Positions 29,668 through 40,808 of a stretch of DNA of 64,000 nt are shown here, one piece after another. How positions within the stretch are numbered: the first letter of the stretch is position 1; each line of letters begins with the position of its first letter. The stretch lies in IMG/VR virus record IMGVR_UViG_3300033153_008203, positions 81,070 through 145,069 of that record. One strand, 5' to 3'. This stretch comes from a virus. Position numbers and translations under genes: made by a program. The notes under the pieces were generated by a model, which saw nothing but the letters and a program-made list of their open reading frames with translations, did no database searches and was not told the origin of the DNA.

Positions 29668-30828
29668 TTATCTGTTTATAAGGTTGATTCTAACAACTGC
29701 ATTAGCAGCACCAGAATAACTAATGTTAGCTGGGACACCGCCATTGGCAGAACCAGGCATTTGCTGCTCTACACCAAGACCTGCATAAGCTGTCCTGACT
29801 TTCTCAAGAGCATCTTTAGGGAATCTAGTATCAACAGCCAGAATTTGACCAAGACACAGAGACCATACATCAGTTCCTTCTACCCACAAAGTGAGGTTAG
29901 AGTTTGCATCAGCTTTAACAAAATCACCTGGTGAAAGAATACCATTTGCACATGCATAGTTATTTGTGCTATTAGCAGTACCAGCATAGTGGTAGTATGC
30001 GATAGTATAGTCGGTATCGCCAGGTGCACCAGTTGCATACACAGAGCATATGCCAGTGTCGTAATCCATGAAGTAGTCGCCAGATGATATAATGTCATCA
30101 ATGGTAGCAACCTCATTTACAAACCTTGTTGCAACATCAGCAGGAGCACCAACGCCTTCAGCGAAGACAAATGGGGTCCTAGTTGTATTCTTGGCAACCG
30201 GAAGATTGTCAATAGCAATAAAACTATAAACATTCTTTGAACCGTACTGAGAAGCATTATCAAGTGCCTCAGCAGTTTGAGCTGCAGGAACATAAGGAAG
30301 TTCAACATAGAAGTCACAAAGGACTGCTACTTGATGCTGAAGATTATGATTATGTTTCCTGTATTGAGATGGATTAAAACCATCACCACCGGCCCACTGC
30401 CAGTAGTTGTAAGGTGCAAATCCGATAGGTGCAGAAACCTGACCAACCTCAGTGTCACCCATATCAAGACCTCTACCCATGAAGTCAGAAACGGTAGATA
30501 CTGCGAAAGTAGCAGCTGCTGCTAAAGCAGTACCAGTTCTAACATCAATTGTGCCTGCTGCAACATCGTCATCTGTGTATACAATGTTGTTTGTTTCTGT
30601 CCTGTATTGTGCAGGAACTACATTGCCATCAGCATCGAGAGCAACTGCTTTACCTGCTGATACAACGAACCACTCTTCGTAGTACTTATCAAACCTTAGA
30701 ACAGGAAGCCAAGCCGCTGGCTTAAGCTCTTCTGCTGGACGGATACCTTCAGATATCTCGAAATCAGGTGTAATAGAACCTACGTGATCCCACTGCTTGT
30801 GGTTTCCTACGTATTGATTAAGTGCCAT
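29668..30828 (-). CDS. head decoration/cement protein
   Basis: Between protease/scaffold and MCP, with strong SD. PGDFVKADANSNL motif. Confidence 0.6.
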   Translation of the reverse strand: MALNQYVGNHKQWDHVGSITPDFEISEGIRPAEELKPAAWLPVLRFDKYYEEWFVVSAGKAVALDADGNVVPAQYRTETNNIVYTDDDVAAGTIDVRTGTALAAAATFAVSTVSDFMGRGLDMGDTEVGQVSAPIGFAPYNYWQWAGGDGFNPSQYRKHNHNLQHQVAVLCDFYVELPYVPAAQTAEALDNASQYGSKNVYSFIAIDNLPVAKNTTRTPFVFAEGVGAPADVATRFVNEVATIDDIISSGDYFMDYDTGICSVYATGAPGDTDYTIAYYHYAGTANSTNNYACANGILSPGDFVKADANSNLTLWVEGTDVWSLCLGQILAVDTRFPKDALEKVRTAYAGLGVEQQMPGSANGGVPANISYSGAANAVVRINLINR

Positions 30829-30852
30829 TATTTTTTTTCCTCCTTTAAATGT

Positions 30853-33045
30853 TTACTTGTTAAGTGCGTCTAAGCTAGCTGGTATTAGCTTCTTAGTTCT
30901 GCACTCATCTAAATATTTAGTAGCAGCTACTCCACCTTTTGCAAAAAGAATTGCGGTATAAGTATCTCCTACTGTTTTGATTGTTTCTGCATCATAGCTA
31001 TCTTCGCCAGCTTGCAGAGACGGATCTCCTACTGTGCCTTCTGGGTTATTTGATGTTCCGTCATTAACCTTTTTAGCAATTTTAGAGAAATCTACTCCAT
31101 CTGTTATACTATTAAACTGATCAGATAACTCAGAAGCTGTTTTTTTCTTTAAGTCTTCAACTTTTATTTCCTCTTCCCCTTTTAGTGCAGCAACATCAGA
31201 GATTACCTGAGACATTGACGTACTATAAGTGTCTAGAAGATCAGCATAGAGACAGTTAACTTCCTCTGTGTCCTTAAAGGCTTCTTTAAGCTCATTCCTT
31301 ACTGCTGAAAGTTGATCGCTTGACTTAATAACTTTGTCCTCAAGCTCAGCAATAGATGTCTCACTTGCATCACAGCTCAAGCAATCGTCTACAAGCTCCC
31401 TCTCTTTCATTGCAACTAGAACTTTGTCGCTAAGAGCTTTGAGCTCTTCGTCAGACATATCAGCTATATCTGCAGCCTTTGTTGCTACTGGTTGCTTTTG
31501 ATCACAAGCATAGACCTTCTCTTTCTTGTCTAGAGTCTTGTTGATTGCTTCTTTCAACTCATCAGACATGGTAGAGTCTGCGACATACTTTTTAGCTGCT
31601 CTGACATAGTCAAGATTAGGAACAGGAATGAATCCTTTAATTCCTTCTACCTTCTTATCAGCAGGCACGCAAAAAGACATCTTAGGCAAAGTCTTTCTTT
31701 TTTCTGGTGAGATTTTAGAATCACCAAGCTCAAGCTCGTCCATCACTTCTTCTACAGCATTGAATACTACAACTGGATCTAGAACCTGAATATCATCAAC
31801 TGCATCGTTGGTGTCGTCTTCAGTGCTCTTGAACTTGCTTTCGATATCCTCTATTAGACCAAGTCTAGAATCCTTCTCTTCGTCTTTGAGTTTAGCGAGA
31901 GCTTCTTCGTCAGCATCAACAACACTTGTGATGAAGTCAACTAGTGCAACAACAGCAGCATCAAAATCCTCTTCTGTTGTATCACCAAGTTTTTCGTCTC
32001 CTATAACTGATAGCTGAGTAGTAGCAGCAAATTCAACGTACTCTTTGTTGATGCCTTCATTGGCAGCAACTATACGCTCAACACTTGCAATAACTATACT
32101 TTCGATATCAGCCTTAGAAGAGTCTTTAACTAACTTCTTCTCCATCGGCTTTGTTTCCTCCTTTTTATTGTCTTTTATTTTGAATGCGGCCTGCACCGTT
32201 TCATCCAAAACGTTAAATTTCTTATCATCTTTTTCAAGATACATATCGAGTATAATCGGCTTAACCGAACTCTTATGATCTTCACAGGCAACAGATTGTG
32301 TATGCATTGTATTACCGTCTGCACTAGAGATCTCTATTACTTTTGCATGAGGATCTGCTGGTGTAGATACAAATGATACTTCGTCATAAAACAGGTTTCC
32401 CGCGATTATAAAGGCTTGCTTGCCATCATACTCGTGTCCTGGGACATGATCGCACATTTCTCCACTATCTGTCCAATCTGTCTTACAAATAGAACAAACA
32501 GCAGCATCAGTTTCTGCTCCAATTGAAACAGTTAAATACCTGTTGTCTAATATTTTTTCTTTAGCTTCGCTATCAGTAATTGCAGCTATAATTTCTATGT
32601 ATCCTACACCTTCATATGATGGGTCATCAAGTAATCCATCACTGATAAGCCTATCAATAAGAGCAACTTTTGTCTCAAATTGAACATGTGGATCCATGAA
32701 GTCTTTTAGGTAGCTGTCTTTTTTAGCTAAACCTGTAGATGTATCCATGTATGCTGCGTGCTTGATTCTTCCTACTGGGTCTCCATCATGAGAATTATGA
32801 TGAAGTAAAACTGGTTTTCCGTAATTCTGAACAAAAGATAGTGCGCCTGTTCTCATCTTATCTGGCATATAGAAGCCATTGTTTCTAGTTATAATTCCAG
32901 CATGTGTTGCTGCAATCTTTACCATTAATGGAGCGCTATTTGCAGTATAGATCGAGTCTACGAAAAACTGTTTGTTTGCCGCAGGAACGTCTACTGGTGT
33001 TATAGTGAGCGAATCACTAAGTTTTACTTTAAATTTTTTGCTCAT
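30853..33045 (-). CDS. prohead protease fused to scaffold
   Basis: KPVLLHHN, TVSIG, CSIC..CDH and EVSFVSTPADP protease motifs. Acidic coiled-coil C-terminal half. Confidence 0.85.
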   Translation of the reverse strand: MSKKFKVKLSDSLTITPVDVPAANKQFFVDSIYTANSAPLMVKIAATHAGIITRNNGFYMPDKMRTGALSFVQNYGKPVLLHHNSHDGDPVGRIKHAAYMDTSTGLAKKDSYLKDFMDPHVQFETKVALIDRLISDGLLDDPSYEGVGYIEIIAAITDSEAKEKILDNRYLTVSIGAETDAAVCSICKTDWTDSGEMCDHVPGHEYDGKQAFIIAGNLFYDEVSFVSTPADPHAKVIEISSADGNTMHTQSVACEDHKSSVKPIILDMYLEKDDKKFNVLDETVQAAFKIKDNKKEETKPMEKKLVKDSSKADIESIVIASVERIVAANEGINKEYVEFAATTQLSVIGDEKLGDTTEEDFDAAVVALVDFITSVVDADEEALAKLKDEEKDSRLGLIEDIESKFKSTEDDTNDAVDDIQVLDPVVVFNAVEEVMDELELGDSKISPEKRKTLPKMSFCVPADKKVEGIKGFIPVPNLDYVRAAKKYVADSTMSDELKEAINKTLDKKEKVYACDQKQPVATKAADIADMSDEELKALSDKVLVAMKERELVDDCLSCDASETSIAELEDKVIKSSDQLSAVRNELKEAFKDTEEVNCLYADLLDTYSTSMSQVISDVAALKGEEEIKVEDLKKKTASELSDQFNSITDGVDFSKIAKKVNDGTSNNPEGTVGDPSLQAGEDSYDAETIKTVGDTYTAILFAKGGVAATKYLDECRTKKLIPASLDALNK

Positions 33046-33124
33046 ATTTTCTCCTATAATAAGGCAACAGTTCAGCCTTCATATGTAATATAAACCATCA
33101 ACAGTGTAAAAATGCTAAAAAAAA

Positions 33125-35161
33125 TTAAACTATATCACATTGACAGTTGTCATGTGCAATTGGCATATCGTCTAATCTTATGTTCGCCAACTGAATCTTG
33201 TTATCATCTTGCCTTTGACAGTCCTCGCAAGCTCCATTCTCAACTTGTACGCTAACTGTGTCCTGCCCGTTATTTCTGAGCCCTATTGCTTTGCCATACA
33301 GAAACGCCCTTCTTTGCTCTGTTCTCAATATAAAATCAAACCTGAACGCCAAAGACTTATACATCTTCTGAACGCTCTCTAAAGTATTGTCTTGCGCTTC
33401 AAAGCCTCTTACAATTTTCTTAACTGTGTTTATTATATTACGGACTCTATAGTTTGCAAACCCCTCTATTTGCTTATAACCAGATGACATTTCTACTTCG
33501 TATGGTTTTGTAATTGACTTTATACCTAATCTCATACTCTTGCCCATGAGACCTTGTAGCCTATCTACCATTCTTGTTTCTATCATACTGAGTAACTGTA
33601 TTGCCCAGTCGATAGAGAATGTACCGGTAAGCTCTGATTGCTCTAAATCAGATATCAAGTCTTTAAACTCTTCTCTAAGCACACCATCACTCATAGCTAG
33701 TTTTGGAATAAATGAGCTCTTTTTCTTTTCTGGTCCACTCTTTGTTCCATGCTGATTGGATGGCTGCTGTTTAGCTTTTGCAGCATTACTTGCACCATTT
33801 GACTGTCCAAGAGACATATCTGATTCATACTTGATCATGGGCTTAGCTACTATCTCAAGATACATTCCTTCTCTTTCTGAATCAGCTATAGACTCTCTAC
33901 CTATTGCATTTCTAAGCTCTGTTTCACTAATTGTATGACCTTGATATTGAAGCATGTTATGATTTTCACGTTTTATTTTTGAATCTATATCTATCTCATT
34001 AAACGCAAGATACACTTTGTTCTTTTCGTCAAGAGTGTCGAAATTAAAGTCCCCTTCAAGAAGAAGCTCTCTCAACATCGTTGTATTAAAAAAAGTTACA
34101 ATAGTCTGCTGAAAGTCTTTTACCTCATCAATCATTGCTCCAGACATTGTCTCTGCTGTACTTCTATTGCTTGTGCCTCCTTCTCCAAGATCTACTGAGC
34201 TAATACCAAGTCCAGCTATTACTCTTTTCTTAAAGTGCTCAATATAACCTTCTGCTTTAATAGCTCTTGACTCAGCTCCAATAGCAGTTATCTCATGTCT
34301 ATAAGATGTAACTATGCTGCCTTCTGATGGCATCATCTCAATCTCATCTCTAACGAGATCTACTTCTTTTTCACCGTCATTGTATGTTCTGTCTGGCTGT
34401 TCTTTCGTACCAACCTTATGATGAAACAGTGGAAATAGATGTTGATAAATTAAAAGCTCTATATTTTGCTCAATCCTTCTTAAAGCTCTTATGTCATCTA
34501 TAACAGGTATAATGGTAGGTTTTCCAGTATTGAAACCTGGCCTTCTGTCATAATAGAAGTGGACCACATCTTCTGGATTGTATTCCTTAGTTCTACCATC
34601 AGGCATACTCTGACGATACTTTTCTATTTTACCAGTCTCTTTGTTTATTTTTACCTCTACTGTTTCTGCAGGTAATATGAAATACCCTGCTACTGGCTTT
34701 AGAGTTCTTCCGTTTGCATCTCTTCTAACCTTTCCTCCAGATGCCTTTTCATTTCTTGCCTTTAATAGAAACGCATTTGAAAGCCTAATTAGGTCTGACC
34801 CTATGCTTCTCATTAATGTCTGTGTAGGGACTCCTGATACATCTTGTATCTGAGCTAAACGCTTCTTTATATATTGAACCGTTTTCTTGTTAGGGCCTAC
34901 AAAGTCATATCCTTCTTTGAACATTAAGCCAGTCTTCTTCTTAAATGCCTGACGCACCATGTTCTCTACATCTTCTATTCTACCTATTTCTGATAGATCG
35001 TATTCTGCAGGAACAAAAGAATCTCGCCCAAAACCGAATGTATATCCGAGTACAGGCGAATTGACTGGCTTCATTACTTTAACAGATGGTCTTACTGCGT
35101 CGCCTTGTTCTACAAGAACCTTAACAATAACCTTATCTTTTTTCTTATTATTACTATGCAT
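33125..35161 (-). CDS. portal protein with C-terminal Mu gpF-like head morphogenesis domain
   Basis: SNAFLLK, EDVVHF and IAGLGIS portal motifs. C-terminal ILRTEQRRA...ACEDC...PIAHDNCQC is gpF-like. Confidence 0.85.
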   Translation of the reverse strand: MHSNNKKKDKVIVKVLVEQGDAVRPSVKVMKPVNSPVLGYTFGFGRDSFVPAEYDLSEIGRIEDVENMVRQAFKKKTGLMFKEGYDFVGPNKKTVQYIKKRLAQIQDVSGVPTQTLMRSIGSDLIRLSNAFLLKARNEKASGGKVRRDANGRTLKPVAGYFILPAETVEVKINKETGKIEKYRQSMPDGRTKEYNPEDVVHFYYDRRPGFNTGKPTIIPVIDDIRALRRIEQNIELLIYQHLFPLFHHKVGTKEQPDRTYNDGEKEVDLVRDEIEMMPSEGSIVTSYRHEITAIGAESRAIKAEGYIEHFKKRVIAGLGISSVDLGEGGTSNRSTAETMSGAMIDEVKDFQQTIVTFFNTTMLRELLLEGDFNFDTLDEKNKVYLAFNEIDIDSKIKRENHNMLQYQGHTISETELRNAIGRESIADSEREGMYLEIVAKPMIKYESDMSLGQSNGASNAAKAKQQPSNQHGTKSGPEKKKSSFIPKLAMSDGVLREEFKDLISDLEQSELTGTFSIDWAIQLLSMIETRMVDRLQGLMGKSMRLGIKSITKPYEVEMSSGYKQIEGFANYRVRNIINTVKKIVRGFEAQDNTLESVQKMYKSLAFRFDFILRTEQRRAFLYGKAIGLRNNGQDTVSVQVENGACEDCQRQDDNKIQLANIRLDDMPIAHDNCQCDIV

Positions 35162-36614
35162 TCGTTAGCTCACTAATCCATTTTTGTACTTTCTCAGAAC
35201 TCGCACCTTCTGCACCATATAAACAGTCCTCGAATCTAATTGTGACTTGATCACCTATTGACGATATGTCTGTACCAGCTTCTAATGCACTCTTTGCTGC
35301 ATCTGAAACTTCATCAGACGCCTGTATGCTTGTTTGTATTTCTACTATGTTTTCTATGATATTTCCTATCGGCCCAATATCGCCATCTGATACAATGACT
35401 CCATCGTCTCCTACTGATATCTTTAACTTTGTAGAAGGAGATATATAAGTATTAACAAAAACACTTAGCTCTTCAGCTGAAAAGTTTTTTCCATCACAAA
35501 TATTACCAAGAGACTTAAACTGAATTAGCGCACTTATCAATCCAAGAACTCTTGTTATTCTAAGCTTAGCAGCAGAAAACTGTGCACTCTCGTAACTCTT
35601 ATTAAACCAGTCTCCAAAAAAAGCGTTTATTTGCTGATCAAGCATATCAACCTTTTCTTCAAGAAAGTCTTTGCCTTCTGCAACAACTTCAGATATCCAT
35701 ATGGACGCTTCAGTTGTGACTTCAGAGAGTTCTCTTACTTCTAGCGTAGTCTGCTTGATATTTAACTTCTGTGCTTGATACCGCATAGAATCTATTACAC
35801 ACTCTATCACACCTAACACTAGCTGAGCATACTGATCAAACAGCCCTCTTAAGTCTATTAGTATAGGCTGAAATAATGCGTTAACCAATCCCATCATTAT
35901 TGATGTTACATCTCCAATTTTAACAGTGTATTTTGTTAATAGAAAAGTTAGCAAAGACAATATTCTAACAAGATCTGGCACACACATAAAGTTAAGCGAA
36001 TTCACTAATGAGCATATGTCGTCTAACACATCTTTGTTCGCAGTAAAGCTTAGCATGTTTTTCAGGTAATTTATTCTATTGACTATATCAGACTCTATCT
36101 GATCTTTAAAGTTGCCAGATATATTTACTTCAAATCCTGCCGTAACTCTACCATCACATGGAATACAGTCTGCGAGCAAAGTCTTTAACGCATCACCAAG
36201 ATTGTTCTGTCCTGCCATAGTAAGAATTGTGTTTTTGATTTCTGCACCAAGAACGCTCCCATGAATGTCGCTTTTTGCTGTAGAAAATGAAGCGATATGA
36301 TCTAGCCTATCTCCTATGGTCTTTCCAGCTCTACCAACTTCTGAGTCTATTGATGTTGTTACAGCATCTGCAGCATCGCTTATCTGTTCTCCAACTTGTG
36401 AAATTGCATCTTCTACACTGGTCTCAGACGCTTGCAATGCAGCATAACCTTTAACTGTATCTTCGAATCTTACTGCCTGAGTAAGCTGATCCCTTATGTT
36501 TCTAGCCATAGGGATATAGACGCTCTTCTCTTCTGTAGAAGATATTGCCCCTTTCTCATAAGCATCAGATATAGTCTGCAGAAGCTGCAATTTTTGTGCT
36601 TGCGCTAATCTCAT
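35154..36614 (-). CDS. hypothetical helical virion-region protein
   Basis: 486-aa ORF with scattered Cys and hydrophobic helices, coupled to its neighbours. Confidence 0.55.
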   Translation of the reverse strand: MRLAQAQKLQLLQTISDAYEKGAISSTEEKSVYIPMARNIRDQLTQAVRFEDTVKGYAALQASETSVEDAISQVGEQISDAADAVTTSIDSEVGRAGKTIGDRLDHIASFSTAKSDIHGSVLGAEIKNTILTMAGQNNLGDALKTLLADCIPCDGRVTAGFEVNISGNFKDQIESDIVNRINYLKNMLSFTANKDVLDDICSLVNSLNFMCVPDLVRILSLLTFLLTKYTVKIGDVTSIMMGLVNALFQPILIDLRGLFDQYAQLVLGVIECVIDSMRYQAQKLNIKQTTLEVRELSEVTTEASIWISEVVAEGKDFLEEKVDMLDQQINAFFGDWFNKSYESAQFSAAKLRITRVLGLISALIQFKSLGNICDGKNFSAEELSVFVNTYISPSTKLKISVGDDGVIVSDGDIGPIGNIIENIVEIQTSIQASDEVSDAAKSALEAGTDISSIGDQVTIRFEDCLYGAEGASSEKVQKWISELTNA

Positions 36615-36925
36615 TATTTTATTTTTGCTTTAGCGGTAGTTTTTGCAACTTTAAATTCTGCGTTAAAGGCAACATCAGATGCAGCAGTCTCAGCAAGCTT
36701 TGTGATCGAGTCTGGTGACTGAATCTCTGACTCTGTTCCAGCACTAATTACCTTTCCGGATCCAGTACCAACAAATGTTAACGCACCGTGACATATTGTG
36801 CAGTCTCCTCTGTGTCTAAAATCTTCTAGTATTCTGCTATACAGCTTAGTGTAAAGCTCGTCAACTAGCATATCCATAAACTGTCCATCATCAATATCTT
36901 TGTCAAGGTATTCCAGTAATGCCAT
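36614..36925 (-). CDS. hypothetical protein
   Basis: 103-aa ORF in the operon, with an H..DCTICH motif. Confidence 0.55.
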   Translation of the reverse strand: MALLEYLDKDIDDGQFMDMLVDELYTKLYSRILEDFRHRGDCTICHGALTFVGTGSGKVISAGTESEIQSPDSITKLAETAASDVAFNAEFKVAKTTAKAKIK

Positions 36926-36932
36926 TATTCAC

Positions 36933-37313
36933 CTATTGAGTAAAAATTTCATCGCCAATTTCACTGTTGGCTTTAATTTGCTCTTCTATGACTTCTTTAT
37001 ACATATCGTATGTGATTTCGCTTGTAGTTACACCAAATACCTTTCTTATTGCTGATGCAAGATCTGGCCTTTCTACTGGATCAAACTTGTATGCATATCC
37101 GCTGCATTTATTATCTATTACAGTAGTCATCTTTTTAGTGACATCTATTATAGATTTATACTTATCAAGATACAGACTTACGTTGCCAGCTACTTCCTTC
37201 TCTTCTTTTTCTTTTAGCTTCGGATCAACCTGAATCACATCTGGAGAATCATAAACTATATCACTATGCTCAGAAAGAACCTTTCTGTCTTTTTTAGATA
37301 TATCTTCTGGCAT
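36933..37313 (-). CDS. hypothetical protein
   Basis: 126-aa ORF tightly packed in the operon. Confidence 0.55.
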   Translation of the reverse strand: MPEDISKKDRKVLSEHSDIVYDSPDVIQVDPKLKEKEEKEVAGNVSLYLDKYKSIIDVTKKMTTVIDNKCSGYAYKFDPVERPDLASAIRKVFGVTTSEITYDMYKEVIEEQIKANSEIGDEIFTQ

Positions 37314-37314
37314 C

Positions 37315-37758
37315 TTATATAGTGTTCTCTGTATAACTAAGTCTTAATGATACGTCAAGCTTTAGCCCTACATGTATTCCTCTTGGTGATGTTATTCTAT
37401 ACCAAAATGGTTCGCTTCCTATGCCACTTAATTCATTTGGATCATCTGGAATTGAAACAGATGCTCCCGCCGTTATTGTAGCCCATTCAGCATCTGATGG
37501 CTGAAGATTTCCAAGACTAATCTTAATACTCCATCCAGACTGAATCCCCTCTATATCATTAGGATACTCTGTGTCAGCAAAATCAATTACAACATCAGTG
37601 TATTCTTTTGCAGCATCATCGTTTCTTACATATAAAAGAACATCTCTAGATTGCTCTACACGTCCATCATGAACTGTTGTAATTGGATTTGTCTGGTCGC
37701 CGTTAGATGAGTAAGCAGTCCATTCTCCACCATCTAAATCTACTACTTGAATTCCCAT
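37315..37758 (-). CDS. hypothetical beta-sandwich virion protein
   Basis: 147-aa beta-rich ORF (LYVRND, PFWYRI) coupled to the terminase stop. Confidence 0.55.
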   Translation of the reverse strand: MGIQVVDLDGGEWTAYSSNGDQTNPITTVHDGRVEQSRDVLLYVRNDDAAKEYTDVVIDFADTEYPNDIEGIQSGWSIKISLGNLQPSDAEWATITAGASVSIPDDPNELSGIGSEPFWYRITSPRGIHVGLKLDVSLRLSYTENTI

Positions 37759-40700
37759 TAGATATTGCTCCTGCTAGGTCTTGAGTTTCTAGTTTTACTG
37801 ATTCCTTTTCTAATCACTTTACTATTTACATTATTGTACCCTTTAATCATTCCTGGCAAACCCCTGCTAAGAATCATATCGCTCTCTATGGAAAATCTTT
37901 CTTGAGGTCTTGCTGCATCTCTTTTATTATCAGCTTGCTTTCTTCTGTAACTGTTCTCTATTACAAGCTCAATTGTTCCTGGCATAGGCGCTTTCTTAGA
38001 AGCTGGCATATCACCAAAAGAACCACCAAATGAAACTGCACTAATAACAAGTGATTGACCAAACTCTGTGTATTCCATTGTAAATGCAAGTAGCGCTAGT
38101 ACCATAGCATCTAGCTCATGGTCTCCAACTCTCTTATTTCCCTGAGCATATACTGGCGCACCAGACTGAGTCCTTCTTTCAACTACGTAACCAAGCAACT
38201 CTTGCTCAAGTTCATCGTCATGTTTTGACAACTCTATTAGGTCGTGCTCAAAATACCTTACTGAGTTCTCTATCATGTATGGCTTAGCAGGCTTATTTTC
38301 CGTTATACCAGTCCTTATGTTTCTGGTTTCAAGAGTACCGCCAGCACTAATACCTTTTACATATCTAAGCATAGAATCAGGATGAGCTGCACCTACCTCA
38401 CTAAGACTCTTTTCTCCAAACTGTTGAAGCAACTCTATTTGAGTCGTACCGAATCCAGCATCACAATAAATATGTGCACATTGCCAGTATTTATTTACTT
38501 CTCTTATTTTGTCTATTGCTATTAACTGAGTCCATCCAACTCTATCTACACAGTGTTTTGCTACAATTCTATATTTATTCTTAGCTGTGTCGTGCCCTAT
38601 AATACAAATCTGCGTACCTATGGCTGTGTCGTTCCAGTCCACACCCATTGTATAGATCCATCCATCCATTCTTTTCTGTTCTTCATACTTGTATTCCGTT
38701 AAAGCCTTATCAACATACTGGTTCTGATAAACGCCTTCTACTTCTTCTCCAAACTCAGCAAGGATCTCGTGCTGATATCCGGCCTCTGTTCCAGCATCAA
38801 GCCTGGCATCCCTATCCATCTGATCATTCCAGAAAGGAAGAACTGTTGAAGGATAATGAAACTCTCTAAATCTTGAGTCATGGCACTGGTCATAGAAACG
38901 CTCTCTACGACCTGTTGGAGTACTACTAGTCCATAACGTAACATTTGGGTTAGTATAAAGAATCGCTCCAATAGCATTAAGGTCATCAGGATCAAGGTAA
39001 TCGGCCTCGTCAAGATATAGTGCATCAGCAGAGTTATGAACAATAACATTATTTGCTATAAAATTATGTGTATCGCTAACCTCTATGTCATATGCTAACT
39101 CTTTCCCGATATAGAATATGGATTTAATTGTATCCAGAACGACATTATTGCTTTCAGACTTGTGATATTGGCTCTTAGTTTTATGTTTAACTAAATCAAA
39201 AACTTCAGCGCAAATCTCTTCTTTTCCATAAATATATCCTATATCAGACAAAAACCTTCTAACATAAAAGCCAGATCTAACTTTAACGATATATTGTTTA
39301 GCAGTATTATAGTGCTCCCATTTCTTATCTCTTTCTTGTATTTTTGATACAACTCCGAGTTCAGCTAGTAATTCTTGTAGCTCATGAGCCAACCGCTTAG
39401 ATACTGTGCAATATCCGATCTCTACTTGTGGTCCTCTCTTTTGATTAGAGTAACAGCACCAGCCATCTGTTGCAAACAGTTTTCTTATGAATAGTTTTTT
39501 ATTCTCTTTTGTGCTTGTTTTGATTATAGATGGGACGTGCTTATCGTATGAGAGTTTGTTTGCAACTTCATACTTTTCTAGAATGTCTAGAATGTGTTTA
39601 TGTTTTATTTTAAGACCACTTACCCTGATATTTTTAGTGTTTTTCGTTTCTTTCTTATTTTGAATACCAAAATAAACGTCCTTTTTATCAAGAATGTTGG
39701 TAAAATCATTAAGAATTTTTACATTTTCATTTATAAAATCAATAGCACCACGATCAATTACCTTCTTACCACAGCTTCCATCACCTATCATATATGCTGC
39801 AAACGATATCTCATCTTCATCTAACGCATTAGCTTTCTCAAGATCATAGTCAACAACATAAGACAGATTATCTCCTACTCTCCAGTCTTTAAGGCTTTTC
39901 CATTCAAATTTATTCCCAGCCCTAACCACATTAGAATCATGTCTAGTACCAACTCTTCCATATAGTTCATGATCTTTGCTGCAACTTATTGATCTTCCTG
40001 ACTCAAGTTTAACTTCAAACAGATCTTTTACATTTGACTCAAAAACATGACTAACTGTTCCAACCACTTTATTATTATACTCATCAACTGAAACAACTCT
40101 GTCTCCAACCATAATGTCTTTAATGTTCTTTGCTTTACCTGAAGCCATTAGTACTGCAGAATCGCACCTTAAGCACTGGCCTCTTACACCGTCTCCCTTA
40201 GATCCGCTTCTAGAACCAGAAGTAAACAGTTTTATAATAGATCCATTATGTAGCTCTATTTCTGCATAAGGAGTCTTAACATTTCTTTTGAGGGAATTTT
40301 TTAAATCATTAGAATCAAATATAAGCTCTATCAATCTGTCATAAATGACCTGAGCATGAGACTTCTGTGGGCATACAACAAGAATATCATGACCATTTCT
40401 AGTAGACGCATTGTACAATATGTTTATGCAAAGGGAATCTGTTTTTCCTGATCTACGACCAATTCGTGAAATTTTTCTTTTTGCATCACACCTAAGCATT
40501 GTAGCTTGATATTCTATGTCATCTCTAGATGTACGTGGGTGCCAATCAAGAACAGCAGCTGCCCATCCAATAGGATCAAGCAAAGAGTTTGCTGCTTTTG
40601 CTTGTGCATCAGTTAAGGTTTTGCCTGATTGCTTTGCAAGCTTATATGCTGCCGGAAATATACCGGTACAATCTGCATCGAAAGTTCCATCCTTCGATTT

Positions 40701-40766
40701 AGCCATTACCTTTTCTCTACAACGAAGACACTCTTCGCTTATGTTAGGATCATTAAAATCTGGCAT
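37758..40766 (-). CDS. terL: terminase large subunit (intein-containing)
   Basis: Walker A GRRSGKT, Walker B LYLDEAD, STPTG coupling motif, and RNase H-type nuclease motifs MGVDWN and DHELDA. Confidence 0.95.
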   Translation of the reverse strand: MPDFNDPNISEECLRCREKVMAKSKDGTFDADCTGIFPAAYKLAKQSGKTLTDAQAKAANSLLDPIGWAAAVLDWHPRTSRDDIEYQATMLRCDAKRKISRIGRRSGKTDSLCINILYNASTRNGHDILVVCPQKSHAQVIYDRLIELIFDSNDLKNSLKRNVKTPYAEIELHNGSIIKLFTSGSRSGSKGDGVRGQCLRCDSAVLMASGKAKNIKDIMVGDRVVSVDEYNNKVVGTVSHVFESNVKDLFEVKLESGRSISCSKDHELYGRVGTRHDSNVVRAGNKFEWKSLKDWRVGDNLSYVVDYDLEKANALDEDEISFAAYMIGDGSCGKKVIDRGAIDFINENVKILNDFTNILDKKDVYFGIQNKKETKNTKNIRVSGLKIKHKHILDILEKYEVANKLSYDKHVPSIIKTSTKENKKLFIRKLFATDGWCCYSNQKRGPQVEIGYCTVSKRLAHELQELLAELGVVSKIQERDKKWEHYNTAKQYIVKVRSGFYVRRFLSDIGYIYGKEEICAEVFDLVKHKTKSQYHKSESNNVVLDTIKSIFYIGKELAYDIEVSDTHNFIANNVIVHNSADALYLDEADYLDPDDLNAIGAILYTNPNVTLWTSSTPTGRRERFYDQCHDSRFREFHYPSTVLPFWNDQMDRDARLDAGTEAGYQHEILAEFGEEVEGVYQNQYVDKALTEYKYEEQKRMDGWIYTMGVDWNDTAIGTQICIIGHDTAKNKYRIVAKHCVDRVGWTQLIAIDKIREVNKYWQCAHIYCDAGFGTTQIELLQQFGEKSLSEVGAAHPDSMLRYVKGISAGGTLETRNIRTGITENKPAKPYMIENSVRYFEHDLIELSKHDDELEQELLGYVVERRTQSGAPVYAQGNKRVGDHELDAMVLALLAFTMEYTEFGQSLVISAVSFGGSFGDMPASKKAPMPGTIELVIENSYRRKQADNKRDAARPQERFSIESDMILSRGLPGMIKGYNNVNSKVIRKGISKTRNSRPSRSNI
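39033..40175 (-). mobile_element. intein with LAGLIDADG endonuclease (381 aa) in terL
   Basis: VRGQ|CLRCDS ... AYDIEV..HNFIAN.VIVHN|SADALYLDE. Blocks FAAYMIGDGSC and LFATDGWC. Inserted just before Walker B. Confidence 0.95.
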
Positions 40767-40808
40767 ATTATTTAAAGAATTCCCGCCGAAATAAAAAGTT
40801 TTATCATA

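Noticed and set aside
39033-40175. Terminase intein as a novelty
   Set aside because: Inteins in phage large terminases near the ATPase motifs are well known, so it is listed only as a feature.
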